A stretch of 64,000 bases of DNA from an uncultured Alphaproteobacteria bacterium (GCA_944390195.1 CALXOZ010000002.1:136220-200219); one strand, 5' to 3'; shown: positions 47,944-59,542, counted from the stretch's first letter. The notes: generated from the sequence alone by a model not told the origin. Made by a program: numbers and translations.

Positions 47944-48515
47944 CAGACTTGCTTTATTTCCTGTTCTTTCACCTTTAACATATCATCCATTGATTTAATG
48001 GTTGAATCTGTCAAAGTCTGGATCTCCGTTTCATATTTTTTTTGCTCGTCTTCGGAAATATTTCCGTCTTTTTGCATTTTTTTAATAGCATCCATCGCAT
48101 CGCGGCGAATATTACGAACGGCAACTCTTGCCTGTTCCGTGTATTTTGAAGCTATTTTTGTTAATTCGATACGGCGTTCTTCATTCAATGGAGGTATGGG
48201 AATACGGATTAATTGACCGTCATTCATCGGATTTAACCCTAATTCCGAAGACCGGATCGCCTTTTCCACAGATTTCACCAATGATCTATCCCATACTTGA
48301 ACAGATAACATACGGGATTCCGGAACACTGACCGTTCCGATTTGGCTTAACGGTGTCATAGCTCCATAAGCTTCGACCATAATGCCGTCCAACAAAGCGG
48401 TAGAAGCTCGTCCCGTGCGCAAGCCGGAAAAATCCTTTTTTAAGGAATCCACTGTTTTTTCCATACGTGTGCGCGTATCTTTTTTTATTTCATCATAAGT
48501 CGTCAAAACTGCCAT
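47943..48515 (-). CDS. frr: ribosome recycling factor
   Basis: [22 protein letters not shown] is present. ATG at 48515 is preceded by a perfect AGGAGG that falls inside the longer track ORF, so the shorter start is preferred. Confidence 0.92.
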   Translation of the reverse strand: MAVLTTYDEIKKDTRTRMEKTVDSLKKDFSGLRTGRASTALLDGIMVEAYGAMTPLSQIGTVSVPESRMLSVQVWDRSLVKSVEKAIRSSELGLNPMNDGQLIRIPIPPLNEERRIELTKIASKYTEQARVAVRNIRRDAMDAIKKMQKDGNISEDEQKKYETEIQTLTDSTIKSMDDMLKVKEQEIKQV

Positions 48516-48526
48516 ATTGATCCTCC

Positions 48527-49249
48527 TCATTCGTTATTTGTAACGATTGTAAAATCACCTTTTCCTTCTAACGTCCGATACAAAGCTTCCTTTTCATGCA
48601 TCGAAAACACGACAATTGAAATGTTATTGTCTCTGGCCAAAGCGATTGCAGATGCATCCATCACCTTTAAATTTTTTACTAATATTTCATCATAGCTGAC
48701 TTTTTCAAACCGTACAGCATTTTTATCTTTTTTAGGATCTGCCGAGTACACACCGTCAACTTGCGTTGCTTTTAAAATAGCTTCGCATCCCATCTCCGCA
48801 GCACGCAAAGCAGCTCCCGTATCCGTTGTAAAAAAAGGACTACCCGTACCGGCGGAAAAGATGATCACTTCTCCGTTTTCAAATTTTTCTTTAATTTTCG
48901 GCTGAATATACGGTTCACAAATTGTCGGCATCATCACGCCGGAAACGATCCGAGCCGGAACCCCGATGCGTTGCAAAGCATCTTGCATCGCCAATGAATT
49001 AATCACTGTTGCCAACATACCCATATAATCGGCACGAACACGATCCATTCCTGTTGCCGCTCCGGACAAGCCCCGAAAAATATTGCCACCGCCAATGACT
49101 AATGCCATACGGACACCGGCTTGATGAACCAGTTTTATTTCTTCCGCCGTTTCTAACAGCTTTTGTTCATCCAGACCGAAGCCTTTATTTCCCATCAACC
49201 CTTCACCGGACAACTTTAACAAGATTCGTTTATATTTCATTTTCATCAC
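48527..49249 (-). CDS. pyrH: UMP kinase
   Basis: [11 protein letters not shown] and [10 protein letters not shown] are present. Confidence 0.95.
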   Translation of the reverse strand: MMKMKYKRILLKLSGEGLMGNKGFGLDEQKLLETAEEIKLVHQAGVRMALVIGGGNIFRGLSGAATGMDRVRADYMGMLATVINSLAMQDALQRIGVPARIVSGVMMPTICEPYIQPKIKEKFENGEVIIFSAGTGSPFFTTDTGAALRAAEMGCEAILKATQVDGVYSADPKKDKNAVRFEKVSYDEILVKNLKVMDASAIALARDNNISIVVFSMHEKEALYRTLEGKGDFTIVTNNE

Positions 49250-49262
49250 TTTATGTTGTTAT

Positions 49263-49299
49263 TAAAAAAAACGGCGGGAATGTTTATTTATCCCGCCGT
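49263..49299 (-). terminator. rho-independent terminator after tsf
   Basis: acggcggga/tcccgccgt form a 9 bp stem, followed on the minus strand by TTTTTTTT. Confidence 0.7.
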
Positions 49300-49309
49300 C
49301 ATTCAATTC

Positions 49310-50251
49310 TTATTTACCGGCTGCTGCAGCAACTTCCGCCGCAAAATCCTCTTGTTTCTTTTCGATCCCCTCTCCCAAGGCAAAGCGGACGAAAGCCTTC
49401 AATTCCACCGGAGCACCAACTTCTTTAGCAGCTTCGGCAACGATATCTTTCACTCTTTTCTTATCATCCATGATGAAAAACTGTTCGTTCAATACGATCT
49501 CGTCATGGAATTTACGGATACGCCCGACCATCATTTTTTCTATCACTTCGGCAGGCTTTGTTTTACCTGTCTTGGCTTGTTCTTCTTTTATTTGATCTTC
49601 AACAACCTTCTTTTCACGGGCTTCCATATCAGCGGGAACATCGGCAACATTCAAACAAACCGGTGCCGCTGCGGCAACATGCATTGCCAAATTCTTTGCC
49701 AGCTTTTCCAAAGCGGTTTTATCCCCTGTCGATTCCAATGCGATCAAAGCGCCGATTTTACCCAAGCCGTCTGCGATTGCGCCATGAATATAGCCGACAA
49801 CGACGCCATTATTGACACTGATTTTCGCACTGCGGCGCAAATTCATGTTTTCGCCGATCTTTGCAATCAAATCTGTCAAAGCCCCTTGAACATCTTTATC
49901 TTCGGAATAAGCTGCTGCTTTCAATTTTTCGACATCACCGTCACCGTTTAAGGCAATATCCGCAACGCTTGAAACAAAGGTTTGGAACAAATCGTTTTTC
50001 GATACGAAATCCGTTTCGGAATTAACTTCAACGACGACACCTTCCTTACCGTTTGTTTTCATTCCGATCAAGCCTTGAGAAGCTACACGACCGGCTTTTT
50101 TCGCCGCAGAAGCCAAACCTTTTTTACGCAACCAATCTACTGCCTTTTCAATATCCCCCATGGCTTCAGACAAAGCTTTTTTGCAATCCATCATGCCTGC
50201 GCCTGTTTTTTCACGCAATTCTTTCACAATAGCGGCTGTAATTTCGGCCAT
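49310..50251 (-). CDS. tsf: elongation factor Ts
   Basis: MAEITAAIVKELREKTGAGMMDCKKAL is present. Confidence 0.95.
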   Translation of the reverse strand: MAEITAAIVKELREKTGAGMMDCKKALSEAMGDIEKAVDWLRKKGLASAAKKAGRVASQGLIGMKTNGKEGVVVEVNSETDFVSKNDLFQTFVSSVADIALNGDGDVEKLKAAAYSEDKDVQGALTDLIAKIGENMNLRRSAKISVNNGVVVGYIHGAIADGLGKIGALIALESTGDKTALEKLAKNLAMHVAAAAPVCLNVADVPADMEAREKKVVEDQIKEEQAKTGKTKPAEVIEKMMVGRIRKFHDEIVLNEQFFIMDDKKRVKDIVAEAAKEVGAPVELKAFVRFALGEGIEKKQEDFAAEVAAAAGK

Positions 50252-50325
50252 TTATTTTTCCTTTCTGAATAATAATTTATATAGTAATGGCGGCAGAACA
50301 AAGCCACCGCCATTAAAAATCATAC

Positions 50326-51117
50326 TTAAGCGTCAGCTTTTTCTTCGTTTACTTCTTCAGCGACCGGAGTTTCAACATCTTCGACCACTTTTTCTTGAGC
50401 CCCGAGATCAACACCGGCAGCAGCCATTTCTGCTTGAATCCCGTCTAAAACGGAGCCGGCTATTAAATCGCAATACAAATTAATTGCTCTGATGGCATCA
50501 TCATTGCCGGGGACAGGAAAATCAATACCGTCCGGATCGGAATTCGTATCGCATATGGCAATGACGGGAATGCCCAAACGGCGCGCTTCATGCAAAGCCA
50601 AACCTTCTTTAATTGTATCAATGACGAAAATCAGATCGGGACGACCACCCATATCTTTTATACCGCCCAAAGAACGGTACAATTTTTCACGTTCACGGGA
50701 AATGTTCAACTTTTCTTTTTTCGTCAAACCTTCGAATTCGCCTTTTTCCTGTTTGGAATCGATTTCTTTCAAACGACGGATGGACTGCGAAACCGTTTTC
50801 CAGTTTGTCAATGTTCCACCCAACCAACGGTGATTGACATAATATTGACCGCAACGTTCAGCAGCTTCTTTAACAGGTTGTTGAGCCTGTGTTTTTGTTC
50901 CGACGAACAACACACGTCCGCCTTGAGCGGCTGTATCACGAACGGCTTGCATTGCACGGTACAACATGGGAACCGTTTGTTGTAAATCAATAATATGAAC
51001 ATTATCGCGCGTTCCGAAAATATATTGTTTCATTTTCGGATTCCAACGACGAGTATTATGCCCGAAGTGAACGCCCGATTCAATCAACTGACGCATTGTA
51101 AATGTAGGAAGAGCCAT
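50326..51117 (-). CDS. rpsB: 30S ribosomal protein S2
   Basis: [19 protein letters not shown] is present. Confidence 0.96.
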   Translation of the reverse strand: MALPTFTMRQLIESGVHFGHNTRRWNPKMKQYIFGTRDNVHIIDLQQTVPMLYRAMQAVRDTAAQGGRVLFVGTKTQAQQPVKEAAERCGQYYVNHRWLGGTLTNWKTVSQSIRRLKEIDSKQEKGEFEGLTKKEKLNISREREKLYRSLGGIKDMGGRPDLIFVIDTIKEGLALHEARRLGIPVIAICDTNSDPDGIDFPVPGNDDAIRAINLYCDLIAGSVLDGIQAEMAAAGVDLGAQEKVVEDVETPVAEEVNEEKADA

Positions 51118-51240
51118 ATTTTTTTACCTCTTATTTTCCGGTTAAACCTCCGCAGACAAATGGTCGGAAAAAACTTCCAACACCGGAGCGAAATTAATTT
51201 TCGCCGACATCTGCGTGTGAAATCACGTCTAGTTCTAATC
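51118..51240 (-). promoter_or_regulatory. structured rpsB 5' leader (candidate S2 autoregulatory element)
   Basis: Long-range pairing cgcaga..gtcgg (51151-51167) with ccgac.tctgcg (51204-51215) encloses the hairpin gcgaaa-ttaat-tttcgc. SD AAGAGG lies just upstream of the ATG. Confidence 0.3.
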
Positions 51241-51282
51241 TGATTTTTTATTTTTAGCAAGATAAAATTTAAGTAAAAGCTC

Positions 51283-52065
51283 TTAATTTTGTTGAACAAT
51301 TGTCAAATACATATAGCTGCAGTAGGCAGAATGGAAAATGCAGGAGAATAAAAAAGAACTCAAGGCGCCGGCATTCATCATGATTGCAAAAACAGCATGT
51401 TCCCCCAGCAAATTTTGACACAAGTTAAATAAAAAAGTTACTCCCAGCAACGGAAAGGATAAAGCTACAGCGAAAAGAATCGCTATCATCGGACCGATCT
51501 TACGCGTCATCCTCCATGCCTGAGACAATCTCAAATCCTTTCCGGCGACTTTGGCTGGCAACACAAAAATCAATCTGATGAAAAAATAAGGCAGTAAAAA
51601 CAGTGTCGCCCCTAATATATATAGGGCTTTTTTGTCTGGAATCGGAACAAAATGATCTAAAATCAATATAAAAACGCTTCCCAGAACAGCCGACAACGTT
51701 AAAGAAAACAGAAAAATATAAGTGAATTTCAGTATATAGGATAAAAAAGGTTTATCAATCAGAGGAATAAAAAATCTTTTATTTTCATATTGTTCTCCGA
51801 AGAAAACAATCTGTTGGGTGCGAAGCATCAAAGAAAACACTAAAAACAAAGATATTATTGTTATGGTCGCTAAAGTGTAATAATTAACTTGCAATCTCAA
51901 ATCAGCAGTCAAAGCCAATGAAAATAAAGGATAATACTTTTCAAGAATCATTAAAAAAACAGAAATGACGACAGGAATTGACAACAAATAAACCAACCGT
52001 TTCACATTAAACGTAAAAACAATTGTCGGCTTGATTAAAGAAAAAGCTGTAAAAAAATTAATCAT
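51283..52065 (-). CDS. polytopic membrane protein, unknown function
   Basis: 260 aa with about 6 hydrophobic segments. Overlaps the dnaE stop by 1 nt. Confidence 0.5.
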   Translation of the reverse strand: MINFFTAFSLIKPTIVFTFNVKRLVYLLSIPVVISVFLMILEKYYPLFSLALTADLRLQVNYYTLATITIISLFLVFSLMLRTQQIVFFGEQYENKRFFIPLIDKPFLSYILKFTYIFLFSLTLSAVLGSVFILILDHFVPIPDKKALYILGATLFLLPYFFIRLIFVLPAKVAGKDLRLSQAWRMTRKIGPMIAILFAVALSFPLLGVTFLFNLCQNLLGEHAVFAIMMNAGALSSFLFSCIFHSAYCSYMYLTIVQQN

Positions 52066-55000
52066 TATAATTCCTGAACCTCTGTAATACCCGGAATCTT
52101 TTGCAGGCTTGATAAAAAATCGGTTGTTAAAGTATATGTTCTTTCACAAGAAATTTCCACTTCCCATTTATCAATATGCACAACAAATAAAATCCGACTG
52201 TTCCCCGCATTCAACGTTGACATCAATTCTTTTACAATATTGACGGCTTCTTTGTTTTCAATAAAAATCATGATACCGCCGGCTGTTTTTGACACTACGT
52301 CGTCTAAAAATTCGACATGCTGCAAAATCAAGCGGGGAGCCTCCGCCCCTTCTTCTTTTTCAGCATTGAATGTTGCCAATAGCGGCTTTCCGGATTTTAA
52401 AACATCGCGGTAATGATTCAACCCGTCAGCGAAAACTGTAAACTCGAAGCTTCCTGAAGTGTCCGATGCTGAAACAAAAGCGTATTTGGAACCTTTTTTG
52501 CTCATGCGTTCATGCACTGCCGTTACTGTAACAGCCATTTTGACCCGCAAAGAGCCGACTTGTGAAACGCTCCGAGACATTTCCATATAGCTCATCGTAC
52601 GCAAGCGTTCCAAACTTTTCGCATAACGTTCCAATGGATGGGCAGATAAATAAAAACCTATGACAGCGGATTCCATCTTCAATTTTTCGTCCAATGTCCA
52701 AGCGGGCGCGGGAGCCATTATAATTTTTTCATTCTTTGTTTGCTGACCGAACAGATTAATCTGAGAACTGTTTTTTTCTTCACCGGCCACACGGGCGTGT
52801 TTCATCAGTAAATCCAGATTGGCATGCAACAATCCCCTGTTTTTTTCCAAAGAATCAAAAACCCCCGCTTTTATCCACGTCTCCAAAGTCTTCTTGTCTA
52901 AATTTGAAGAATCCATTCTACGAATGAAATCCGTCATTGATTTAAACATCCCGTTTTTTTCACGTTCTTCAACGACAGCTTTCGCCGGAGCCTCTCCCGC
53001 TCCTTTGACAGCCATTAAAGCATATCGGACGGCATTGTTTTCCACACTGAACGGGACAAACGAATGATTGATATCAGGGGCAAGCAATTCTATGTTCAGC
53101 CGTCCCAATTCCTTTTTATATAACGCCAGCTTATCCGTGTTTTGCATATCGTACGTCATTGTCGCCGCCATAAATTCGACAGGATAATGCGCTTTCAAAT
53201 AAGCCGTCTGATAAGCAATCAAAGCGTACGCCGCCGCATGGGATTTGTTGAACCCGTACTCTGCAAACTTTGCCATACGGGAAAAAATGCTTTTCGCCTT
53301 CTGAGGATCTATCCCGTTTTTGGTCGCGCCTTCCACAAAAACGGCCTCTTGCAATTCCATTTCCTCTTTTTTCTTTTTCCCCATCGCACGACGCAACAAA
53401 TCTGCAGCCCCTAACGTATATCCCGCCATTTTTTGAGCGATTTGCATGACTTGCTCTTGATAGATCATGATCCCGTATGTTTCTTTCAGAATGTCTTCCA
53501 ACATCGGGTGCATGTAATCGGGTTGCTCTTTGCCGTGTTTTCTTGCAATATAGCTGGGAATGTTATCCATCGGACCGGGGCGGTACAAAGAAACCAAAGC
53601 GATCAGATCTTCCAGAGAGTCCGGACTCATATCGCGCAAAGTTTTACGCATACCGCCACTTTCCAGTTGGAAAACACCATCCGTTTCCGCTTGATGCAAC
53701 AGTTCGAAAGTTTCCGGATCTTCCAAAGAAATTTCGGATATGTTCAACTCTATACCGCGTTTCCGGATCATTTTGACCGCTTCGGCAATAACCGTCAACG
53801 TTTTCAACCCTAAAAAGTCGAACTTTACCAGACCGGTCGATTCAACAAATTTCATATTATACTGCGTAACCGGCAAATCCGAATCCGCACTTAAATCCCG
53901 ATAAACGGGGACAATTTGATTAAGCGGTTTTTGTCCGACAACCACTCCGGCGGCATGTGTTGACGCGTTCCTGTACAAACCTTCCAATTTTAAAGCGATA
54001 TCCAACAATTGTTCGACACGGGCATCGCTTTTGCGTTGACGGTCAAACTCTGGTTCGACTGCAAAAGCTTCATTCAAAGTCGTTCCGGGTTTTGCCGGAA
54101 CCAGACGAGCCAATTTATCCGCGACAAAGTCCATTTGCAAAACACGTCCGACATCCCGAATAACCGCTTTTGCTTGCAATTTACCGAAAGTGATAATTTG
54201 TGCGACACGCTCGTGCCCGTATTTTTCACGGACATAACAAATCGTTTCCCCCCGCCTGTCCTGACAGAAATCAACGTCAAAGTCCGGCATGGAAACACGT
54301 TCCGGATTTAAAAAACGTTCAAACAACAAATTGAAACGGATAGGATCCAAATCCGTAATTGTCAAAGACCATGCGACAACGGAACCGGCACCCGATCCCC
54401 TTCCCGGTCCGACAGGTATCCCGTGCGCTTTCGACCATTGGATAAAGTCGGAAACGATCAGGAAATACCCCGGAAAATCCATTTGAATAATAATGCCCAG
54501 TTCGTATTCCAAACGCTTTGTGTACTTTTCGCGCAGAGCGTCTTTTTCAGCATCACTCATGTTTTCTTTAAAAACATGAACCGCCAGACGTTTTTCCAAA
54601 CCGGCTCTTGCACGTTCTTGCAAAACTTGGGCTTCCGTTTTATCACCGCAATCCGGATAATGAGGTAAAGCCGGAGGTTGTTTTTCGACCATAAATCCGC
54701 ATCTTTTTGCAATGACCACGGTATTTTGGACGGCTTCCGGAATATCTTCAAACAAGGTTTTCATTTCTTCCGGAGACTTAAAGTAATGTTCTGTCGTCAA
54801 GCGACGTCTGTCATTAACAATGACATGCGTTTTTTCTTTTATACAAATCAACGCGTCATGAGCCTCAAACATATCCGGATCGGTAAAAAACACTTCATTT
54901 GTTGCGACCAAAGGAATGTCGTAACGATATGCCATTTCCAAAAAGGACGGTTCCGTTACACTTTCGGCCTCCGTTCCGTGGCGTTGGATTTCCATATACA

Positions 55001-55547
55001 AACGTTGTGGGAAAGCTTCCATCAAACGCTTTAGAACTTCTTCGGATTTTTCAGTTTTTCCCGCCTGTATTTGACGTCCAACGGCTCCACCGGCACCGCC
55101 TGTCAAACAGATCAACCCGTCCGAATATTTTTTCAGGACATCATACGGAACATGAGGCTTTTCATCGTTTGGTGTGAACATGTAAGCTTGTTCCGAAAGC
55201 ATACGCAGATTAGCGTATCCTTGTTCATTTTGCACCAACAAAACGATATCGTCGATACAGGCGTCGGGGTCTTTTGTAAAAGAACGTTTTTCATCAACTC
55301 CCATATCAACGGCTTGTTGAATACCGATAATCGGCTGTATTCCGTGCGCCGCGCATTCCGTCGACATTTCAAAAGCGCCGAAAACGTTATTCGTATCCGT
55401 CATAGCCACAGCCGGCATACGGTATTTTTCACACAGTTCGGTCAATTTTTTAATTTTGACCGCTCCTTCTAACAAAGAATAAGCTGTATGAACCCTTAAA
55501 TGGATGAAATCACTGACAGGTAATACAGATGGAACCGTTTGAACCAT
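52065..55547 (-). CDS. dnaE: DNA polymerase III alpha subunit
   Basis: 1160 aa. The PHP domain begins FIHLRVHTAYSLLEGA. Also present are GPGRGSGAGS and PDFDVDFC. Confidence 0.96.
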   Translation of the reverse strand: MVQTVPSVLPVSDFIHLRVHTAYSLLEGAVKIKKLTELCEKYRMPAVAMTDTNNVFGAFEMSTECAAHGIQPIIGIQQAVDMGVDEKRSFTKDPDACIDDIVLLVQNEQGYANLRMLSEQAYMFTPNDEKPHVPYDVLKKYSDGLICLTGGAGGAVGRQIQAGKTEKSEEVLKRLMEAFPQRLYMEIQRHGTEAESVTEPSFLEMAYRYDIPLVATNEVFFTDPDMFEAHDALICIKEKTHVIVNDRRRLTTEHYFKSPEEMKTLFEDIPEAVQNTVVIAKRCGFMVEKQPPALPHYPDCGDKTEAQVLQERARAGLEKRLAVHVFKENMSDAEKDALREKYTKRLEYELGIIIQMDFPGYFLIVSDFIQWSKAHGIPVGPGRGSGAGSVVAWSLTITDLDPIRFNLLFERFLNPERVSMPDFDVDFCQDRRGETICYVREKYGHERVAQIITFGKLQAKAVIRDVGRVLQMDFVADKLARLVPAKPGTTLNEAFAVEPEFDRQRKSDARVEQLLDIALKLEGLYRNASTHAAGVVVGQKPLNQIVPVYRDLSADSDLPVTQYNMKFVESTGLVKFDFLGLKTLTVIAEAVKMIRKRGIELNISEISLEDPETFELLHQAETDGVFQLESGGMRKTLRDMSPDSLEDLIALVSLYRPGPMDNIPSYIARKHGKEQPDYMHPMLEDILKETYGIMIYQEQVMQIAQKMAGYTLGAADLLRRAMGKKKKEEMELQEAVFVEGATKNGIDPQKAKSIFSRMAKFAEYGFNKSHAAAYALIAYQTAYLKAHYPVEFMAATMTYDMQNTDKLALYKKELGRLNIELLAPDINHSFVPFSVENNAVRYALMAVKGAGEAPAKAVVEEREKNGMFKSMTDFIRRMDSSNLDKKTLETWIKAGVFDSLEKNRGLLHANLDLLMKHARVAGEEKNSSQINLFGQQTKNEKIIMAPAPAWTLDEKLKMESAVIGFYLSAHPLERYAKSLERLRTMSYMEMSRSVSQVGSLRVKMAVTVTAVHERMSKKGSKYAFVSASDTSGSFEFTVFADGLNHYRDVLKSGKPLLATFNAEKEEGAEAPRLILQHVEFLDDVVSKTAGGIMIFIENKEAVNIVKELMSTLNAGNSRILFVVHIDKWEVEISCERTYTLTTDFLSSLQKIPGITEVQEL

Positions 55548-55549
55548 TT

Positions 55550-56308
55550 TCAGACTGTAACAAAGCGTTGTTTAAAAGCGATACGTCCGCTCATTCCCAA
55601 AGTATCCATTTCTTCCAATTTTCCATCGCGCAAAGCGATTTTACGATCCATACGATCCGCCAGATCAGGATTGTGAGTGGCGATCAAAGCGGACAATCCG
55701 GTTTCACGGACAATGTTGACCAATACTGAAAAAACGGATTCAGATGTCATCGGATCCAGATTTCCGGTCGGTTCGTCTGCAAGCAACATCCGCGGTTTGT
55801 TTGCCAGAGCCCTTGCGATAGCGACACGTTGGGCTTCCCCTCCGGACAATTGGGCTGGACGATGTTTCATACGGTCTTTCAACCCCATTTTTTCTAAAAG
55901 GTATACAGCATATGCGGCAGCTTCCTTTTTCTTTTTTCCGGCGATCATTTGAGGGATCATGACATTTTCCAACGCGGAAAATTCCGGTTGCAAGTTATGA
56001 TTTTGATATACGAATCCCAGAAACTCCCGTCTCATTTTTGTTCGCATATTGTCGTTCATAGTCGTGCAACGGGCGCCATTGAGAAAGACTTCACCTTCGT
56101 CAGGAGGTTCCAACAAACCGGAAACATGCAACAATGTAGACTTTCCTGCTCCGGAAGGACCGACTAAAGCGACCATCTCCCCTTGTAGAATGCTTAAATC
56201 TATTCCCCGTAAGACATCAATGATTGTTTTACCTTGAACATAATGTCTTCGCACGGATTTTAAGACAAAAACAGGCGGAGTTGTTTGACTGTTTACAATA
56301 TTATTCAT
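55550..56308 (-). CDS. lolD: lipoprotein-releasing system ATP-binding protein
   Basis: GPSGAGKST, LSGGEAQRVAIARAL and LLADEPTGNLD are present. ATG at 56308 overlaps the lolC/E stop by 8 nt. Confidence 0.88.
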   Translation of the reverse strand: MNNIVNSQTTPPVFVLKSVRRHYVQGKTIIDVLRGIDLSILQGEMVALVGPSGAGKSTLLHVSGLLEPPDEGEVFLNGARCTTMNDNMRTKMRREFLGFVYQNHNLQPEFSALENVMIPQMIAGKKKKEAAAYAVYLLEKMGLKDRMKHRPAQLSGGEAQRVAIARALANKPRMLLADEPTGNLDPMTSESVFSVLVNIVRETGLSALIATHNPDLADRMDRKIALRDGKLEEMDTLGMSGRIAFKQRFVTV

Positions 56309-57551
56309 AACGCAAAGCCTCCACAGGATCCAATCTTGCTGCGCGCCAAGACGGATAAATCGTCGCAGCGAAAGAAAGAAATAAAGCCATAACAACAACG
56401 GAAACGACTTCCACAGGATCGACTTTCGCCGGCAATTGCGTCAGAAAGTAGATTTCAGCCGCAAACAGATCCGTTCCGGTCAATCCTTCTAAAAAGCGGC
56501 GAATGGATTCGATATTATCGCAAAAAACCAAGCCGAACAAGACACCGAACAAAGTGCCGAAAAAGCCGATGGAAGCTCCACTCATGAAAAAGATGCGCAT
56601 GATCATGGCTCGTGTTGCCCCCATCGTACGCAAAACGGCAATATCCCGCCCTTTATCCTTCACCAGCATAATCAAACCGGAAATCATGTTGAAAGAGGCA
56701 ACGAGAATGATCAAAGTCAAAATTAAAAACATCACATTCCTTTCAACTTGGATCGCGTTGAAAAAAGCGGCGTTGGAGCGTTGCCAGTCATAAATGCGAA
56801 CCTTTCCTCCCAAGGCTTTTGAAATTTCATAACGCGCTTGGGACACTTGATCGTGATTTTCCAAAAAGACTTCCAGATTTGTTACGACATTATCCATGTC
56901 GAAAAACTTTTGAGCTTCCTCCATGGGCATGAAAATAAAAGAGGAATCATATTCATACATTCCAACAGAAAAAGTGCCTCCTATGGTATAGGAACGCATA
57001 CGGGGAACAGAACCGAAAGCGGTTACAGTTCCTTTCGGTGCGATCAATGTGATCTTATCCCCGACATAGACACCAAGCTTTCTTGCCAACCTGTCTCCAA
57101 CCAAAAGCGTGTCCTTTTCAAACAAAGCCTCTGCGGATCCGCCGACAATGCTTTCCGCCAGAACCTTTCTTTTTTTAAAGTCCTTCGTTTCCAATCCCCG
57201 TACAATTGCCCCTTGAGCACTTTTGAGCGAACTGACCATCACCTGCCCTTCAATCAACGGCATAGCCAATTCGACGCCTTTTATCTTTTTCACTTTTTCA
57301 GCTTTTTCCTGATAGTCCTCCAAAACCGTTCCCTGAATGGCATAAACGCCAAGGTGCCCATTCAAACCCAACACACGGGAAAGAAGTTCTTCTCTGAAAC
57401 CGTTCATGACAGCCATGACGATAATCAAAGTTGCCACTCCCAACACGATTCCCAAAAACGAAAAGGCGGCAATGACGGAAACAAAGCCCTCTTTGCGTCG
57501 AGCCCTCAGATAGCGAAAAGCGACCATACGTTCAAAAGCTGAAAAAATCAT
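56301..57551 (-). CDS. lolC: lipoprotein-releasing system permease LolC/LolE
   Basis: 416 aa with FERMVAFRYLRARRKEGF and an FtsX-like C-terminus. Confidence 0.88.
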   Translation of the reverse strand: MIFSAFERMVAFRYLRARRKEGFVSVIAAFSFLGIVLGVATLIIVMAVMNGFREELLSRVLGLNGHLGVYAIQGTVLEDYQEKAEKVKKIKGVELAMPLIEGQVMVSSLKSAQGAIVRGLETKDFKKRKVLAESIVGGSAEALFEKDTLLVGDRLARKLGVYVGDKITLIAPKGTVTAFGSVPRMRSYTIGGTFSVGMYEYDSSFIFMPMEEAQKFFDMDNVVTNLEVFLENHDQVSQARYEISKALGGKVRIYDWQRSNAAFFNAIQVERNVMFLILTLIILVASFNMISGLIMLVKDKGRDIAVLRTMGATRAMIMRIFFMSGASIGFFGTLFGVLFGLVFCDNIESIRRFLEGLTGTDLFAAEIYFLTQLPAKVDPVEVVSVVVMALFLSFAATIYPSWRAARLDPVEALRYE

Positions 57552-57561
57552 TTTATACCTG

Positions 57562-58875
57562 TTACTTCATCAAAAAGTTAATGGCTTCTTCGGGGGACAT
57601 TTCCCGACGTTCTGCGGTTTGACGGTTTTTTATTTCAACAACGCCTTTTTCCAAACCGCGGGAACCGACGATCAATTGATACGGCAAACCGATCAGATCC
57701 ATTGTGGAAAATTTCACACCCGCCCGCTCGTCACGGTCGTCATAAAGGACTTCAACACCCGCCTTTTCAAGTTTCGCGTATAAATCTTCACACACCGCAT
57801 CCGTTGCCGCCTTTCCAGAGGTCAGATTAATCAAACCGACTTTAAACGGCGCAACAGATTGAGGCCATATAATACCGTTATCATCATGAGACGCTTCAAT
57901 GATAGCCCCCATCAAACGGGATACGCCAATACCATAACAACCGCCTTCAAACAAAACGGGCTTTCCATCTTCGCCGGCAACGCAAACATTCATCGGGGTT
58001 GAATATTTCTTTCCATAATAAAACACCTGTCCGACTTCAATGCCACGGGCGCTTAACAGGTTCTCCCCGACCGCTTTCGCTTCTTCTTCGTCATATTTTT
58101 CTTCTGTCGCGGCATAAAGGCTCGTCCATTTTTTATAAATTGGTTCAAGATCGGAATCATAATCGACATTTTCATCGGGAATGTCCATACTTAGATATCC
58201 TTTATCACAATAAACCTGTTCTTCTCCGGTATCCGCCAGCACAATGAACTCGTGGCTGAGATCTCCGCCGATCGGTCCCGTGGAAGCCTTCATCGGAATG
58301 GCGCGAACGCCCATGCGGGCGAATGTCCGTAAATAAGCCACAAACATTTTATTGTATGAATGTTTCGCCCCTTCATACGTCAAATCGAACGAATAAGCGT
58401 CCTTCATTAAAAATTCACGCCCGCGCATGACACCGAAACGGGGACGGACTTCATCACGGAACTTCCATTGAATATTATAAAAAATCTTGGGAGCCTCTTT
58501 ATAACTCTTCAATTCATTGCGTGCTATATCATTAATGACTTCTTCCGCCGTCGGACCGTAAACCAAAACACGATCATGACGATCTGTAATCCGTAACATC
58601 TCCGGTCCGTAAGCATCATAACGACCGCTTTCCCTCCACAAGTCGGACGGTTGCAAAGTCGGCATCAACAATTCTTGAGCTCCTGCACGATCCTGTTCTT
58701 CCCGAATGATATTCTCAATCTTCTTCAACACACGCAAACCCAGTGGCAAAAATGAATATATACCTGCGCTGCTTTGCCGGATCATGCCAGAACGCAACAT
58801 TAATCTGTGGGATACAATTTGAGCCTCGACCGGATTTTCTTTCAGTGTCGGCATAAAATATCGTGATAAACGCAT
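57562..58875 (-). CDS. proS: proline--tRNA ligase (short, editing-domain-less type)
   Basis: [31 protein letters not shown] is present. About 437 aa from the ATG at 58875. Confidence 0.92.
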   Translation of the reverse strand: MRLSRYFMPTLKENPVEAQIVSHRLMLRSGMIRQSSAGIYSFLPLGLRVLKKIENIIREEQDRAGAQELLMPTLQPSDLWRESGRYDAYGPEMLRITDRHDRVLVYGPTAEEVINDIARNELKSYKEAPKIFYNIQWKFRDEVRPRFGVMRGREFLMKDAYSFDLTYEGAKHSYNKMFVAYLRTFARMGVRAIPMKASTGPIGGDLSHEFIVLADTGEEQVYCDKGYLSMDIPDENVDYDSDLEPIYKKWTSLYAATEEKYDEEEAKAVGENLLSARGIEVGQVFYYGKKYSTPMNVCVAGEDGKPVLFEGGCYGIGVSRLMGAIIEASHDDNGIIWPQSVAPFKVGLINLTSGKAATDAVCEDLYAKLEKAGVEVLYDDRDERAGVKFSTMDLIGLPYQLIVGSRGLEKGVVEIKNRQTAERREMSPEEAINFLMK

Positions 58876-59014
58876 AACAAATTCTCTATTTTCAATCAAA
58901 CCAAACTGTCAGGAAACTTTCCTGTAGGAACTTTAGGCAATCCGGACGAAATTAGCAATCTTTATTTATCAAACGCTTTTTCCATCCTCTGCCGAACAAG
59001 GAAAAAACGGAAAA

Positions 59015-59542
59015 CTATTTTTCAAAATCATAAATGTTCAAGCCGGTTTGTTCATCAAAACTTCTTTCAAGACGACCGCAAGGAATGGAAGTAACAAAAA
59101 ATTCACCGGCTCCGGAAAGTTTTGCTTGCAACAAATGACCGCCATACGCTTCATAGTCCCGTCCCGCCAATGTAATATGGTAGTGCGTATAAGATTTTCC
59201 GTCTTTTGTTGATATATTCCCGACAAACGCACTGATTTCCATTTGCCCTGTCAATGTCTTATCGACGTATTGTTTCGTTGCGGGGTCGAAAAAGCGCAAT
59301 GTAGCTTCGTTCACCGCCCCTATTCCGTTAACACTTCCCAACGTGATCTTGTTCAAAACGACAAAGTCGTTTAATGCCGCAACAATTTCAGCCTTGTTTT
59401 TGACACTGACGACATACTTGTCTTTATAACGCTTGGCAATCCAGTCTTTTCCTTGCGAAATCCGACCGACGGGATGTTCGTAACGATAAAAACAAACACC
59501 GGCAAGCGTACAAACAATGATCAGAAAAAGCAATGTCTCCAT
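59015..59542 (-). CDS. PPC/DUF296 domain protein with an N-terminal TM anchor
   Basis: GSVNGIGAVNEATLRFFD...HYHITLAGRDYEAYGGHLL is a DUF296-like core. The N-terminus METLLFLIIVCTLAGVCFY is hydrophobic. Confidence 0.65.
   Translation of the reverse strand: METLLFLIIVCTLAGVCFYRYEHPVGRISQGKDWIAKRYKDKYVVSVKNKAEIVAALNDFVVLNKITLGSVNGIGAVNEATLRFFDPATKQYVDKTLTGQMEISAFVGNISTKDGKSYTHYHITLAGRDYEAYGGHLLQAKLSGAGEFFVTSIPCGRLERSFDEQTGLNIYDFEK

Noticed and set aside
49253-49951. 232-aa plus-strand ORF antisense to tsf
   Set aside because: Antisense to a universally conserved gene, with a Phe/Cys-rich composition. Long only because the sense strand avoids the complementary stop triplets.
50285-50314. Hairpin taatggcgg...ccgccatta between rpsB and tsf as a terminator
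   Set aside because: On the transcribed (minus) strand the U-run precedes rather than follows the stem. At most it is a processing or attenuation structure and is not supportable as a terminator.
56838-57542. 234-aa plus-strand ORF antisense to lolC/E
   Set aside because: Same reasoning: a shadow ORF inside a conserved permease gene with no independent signals.
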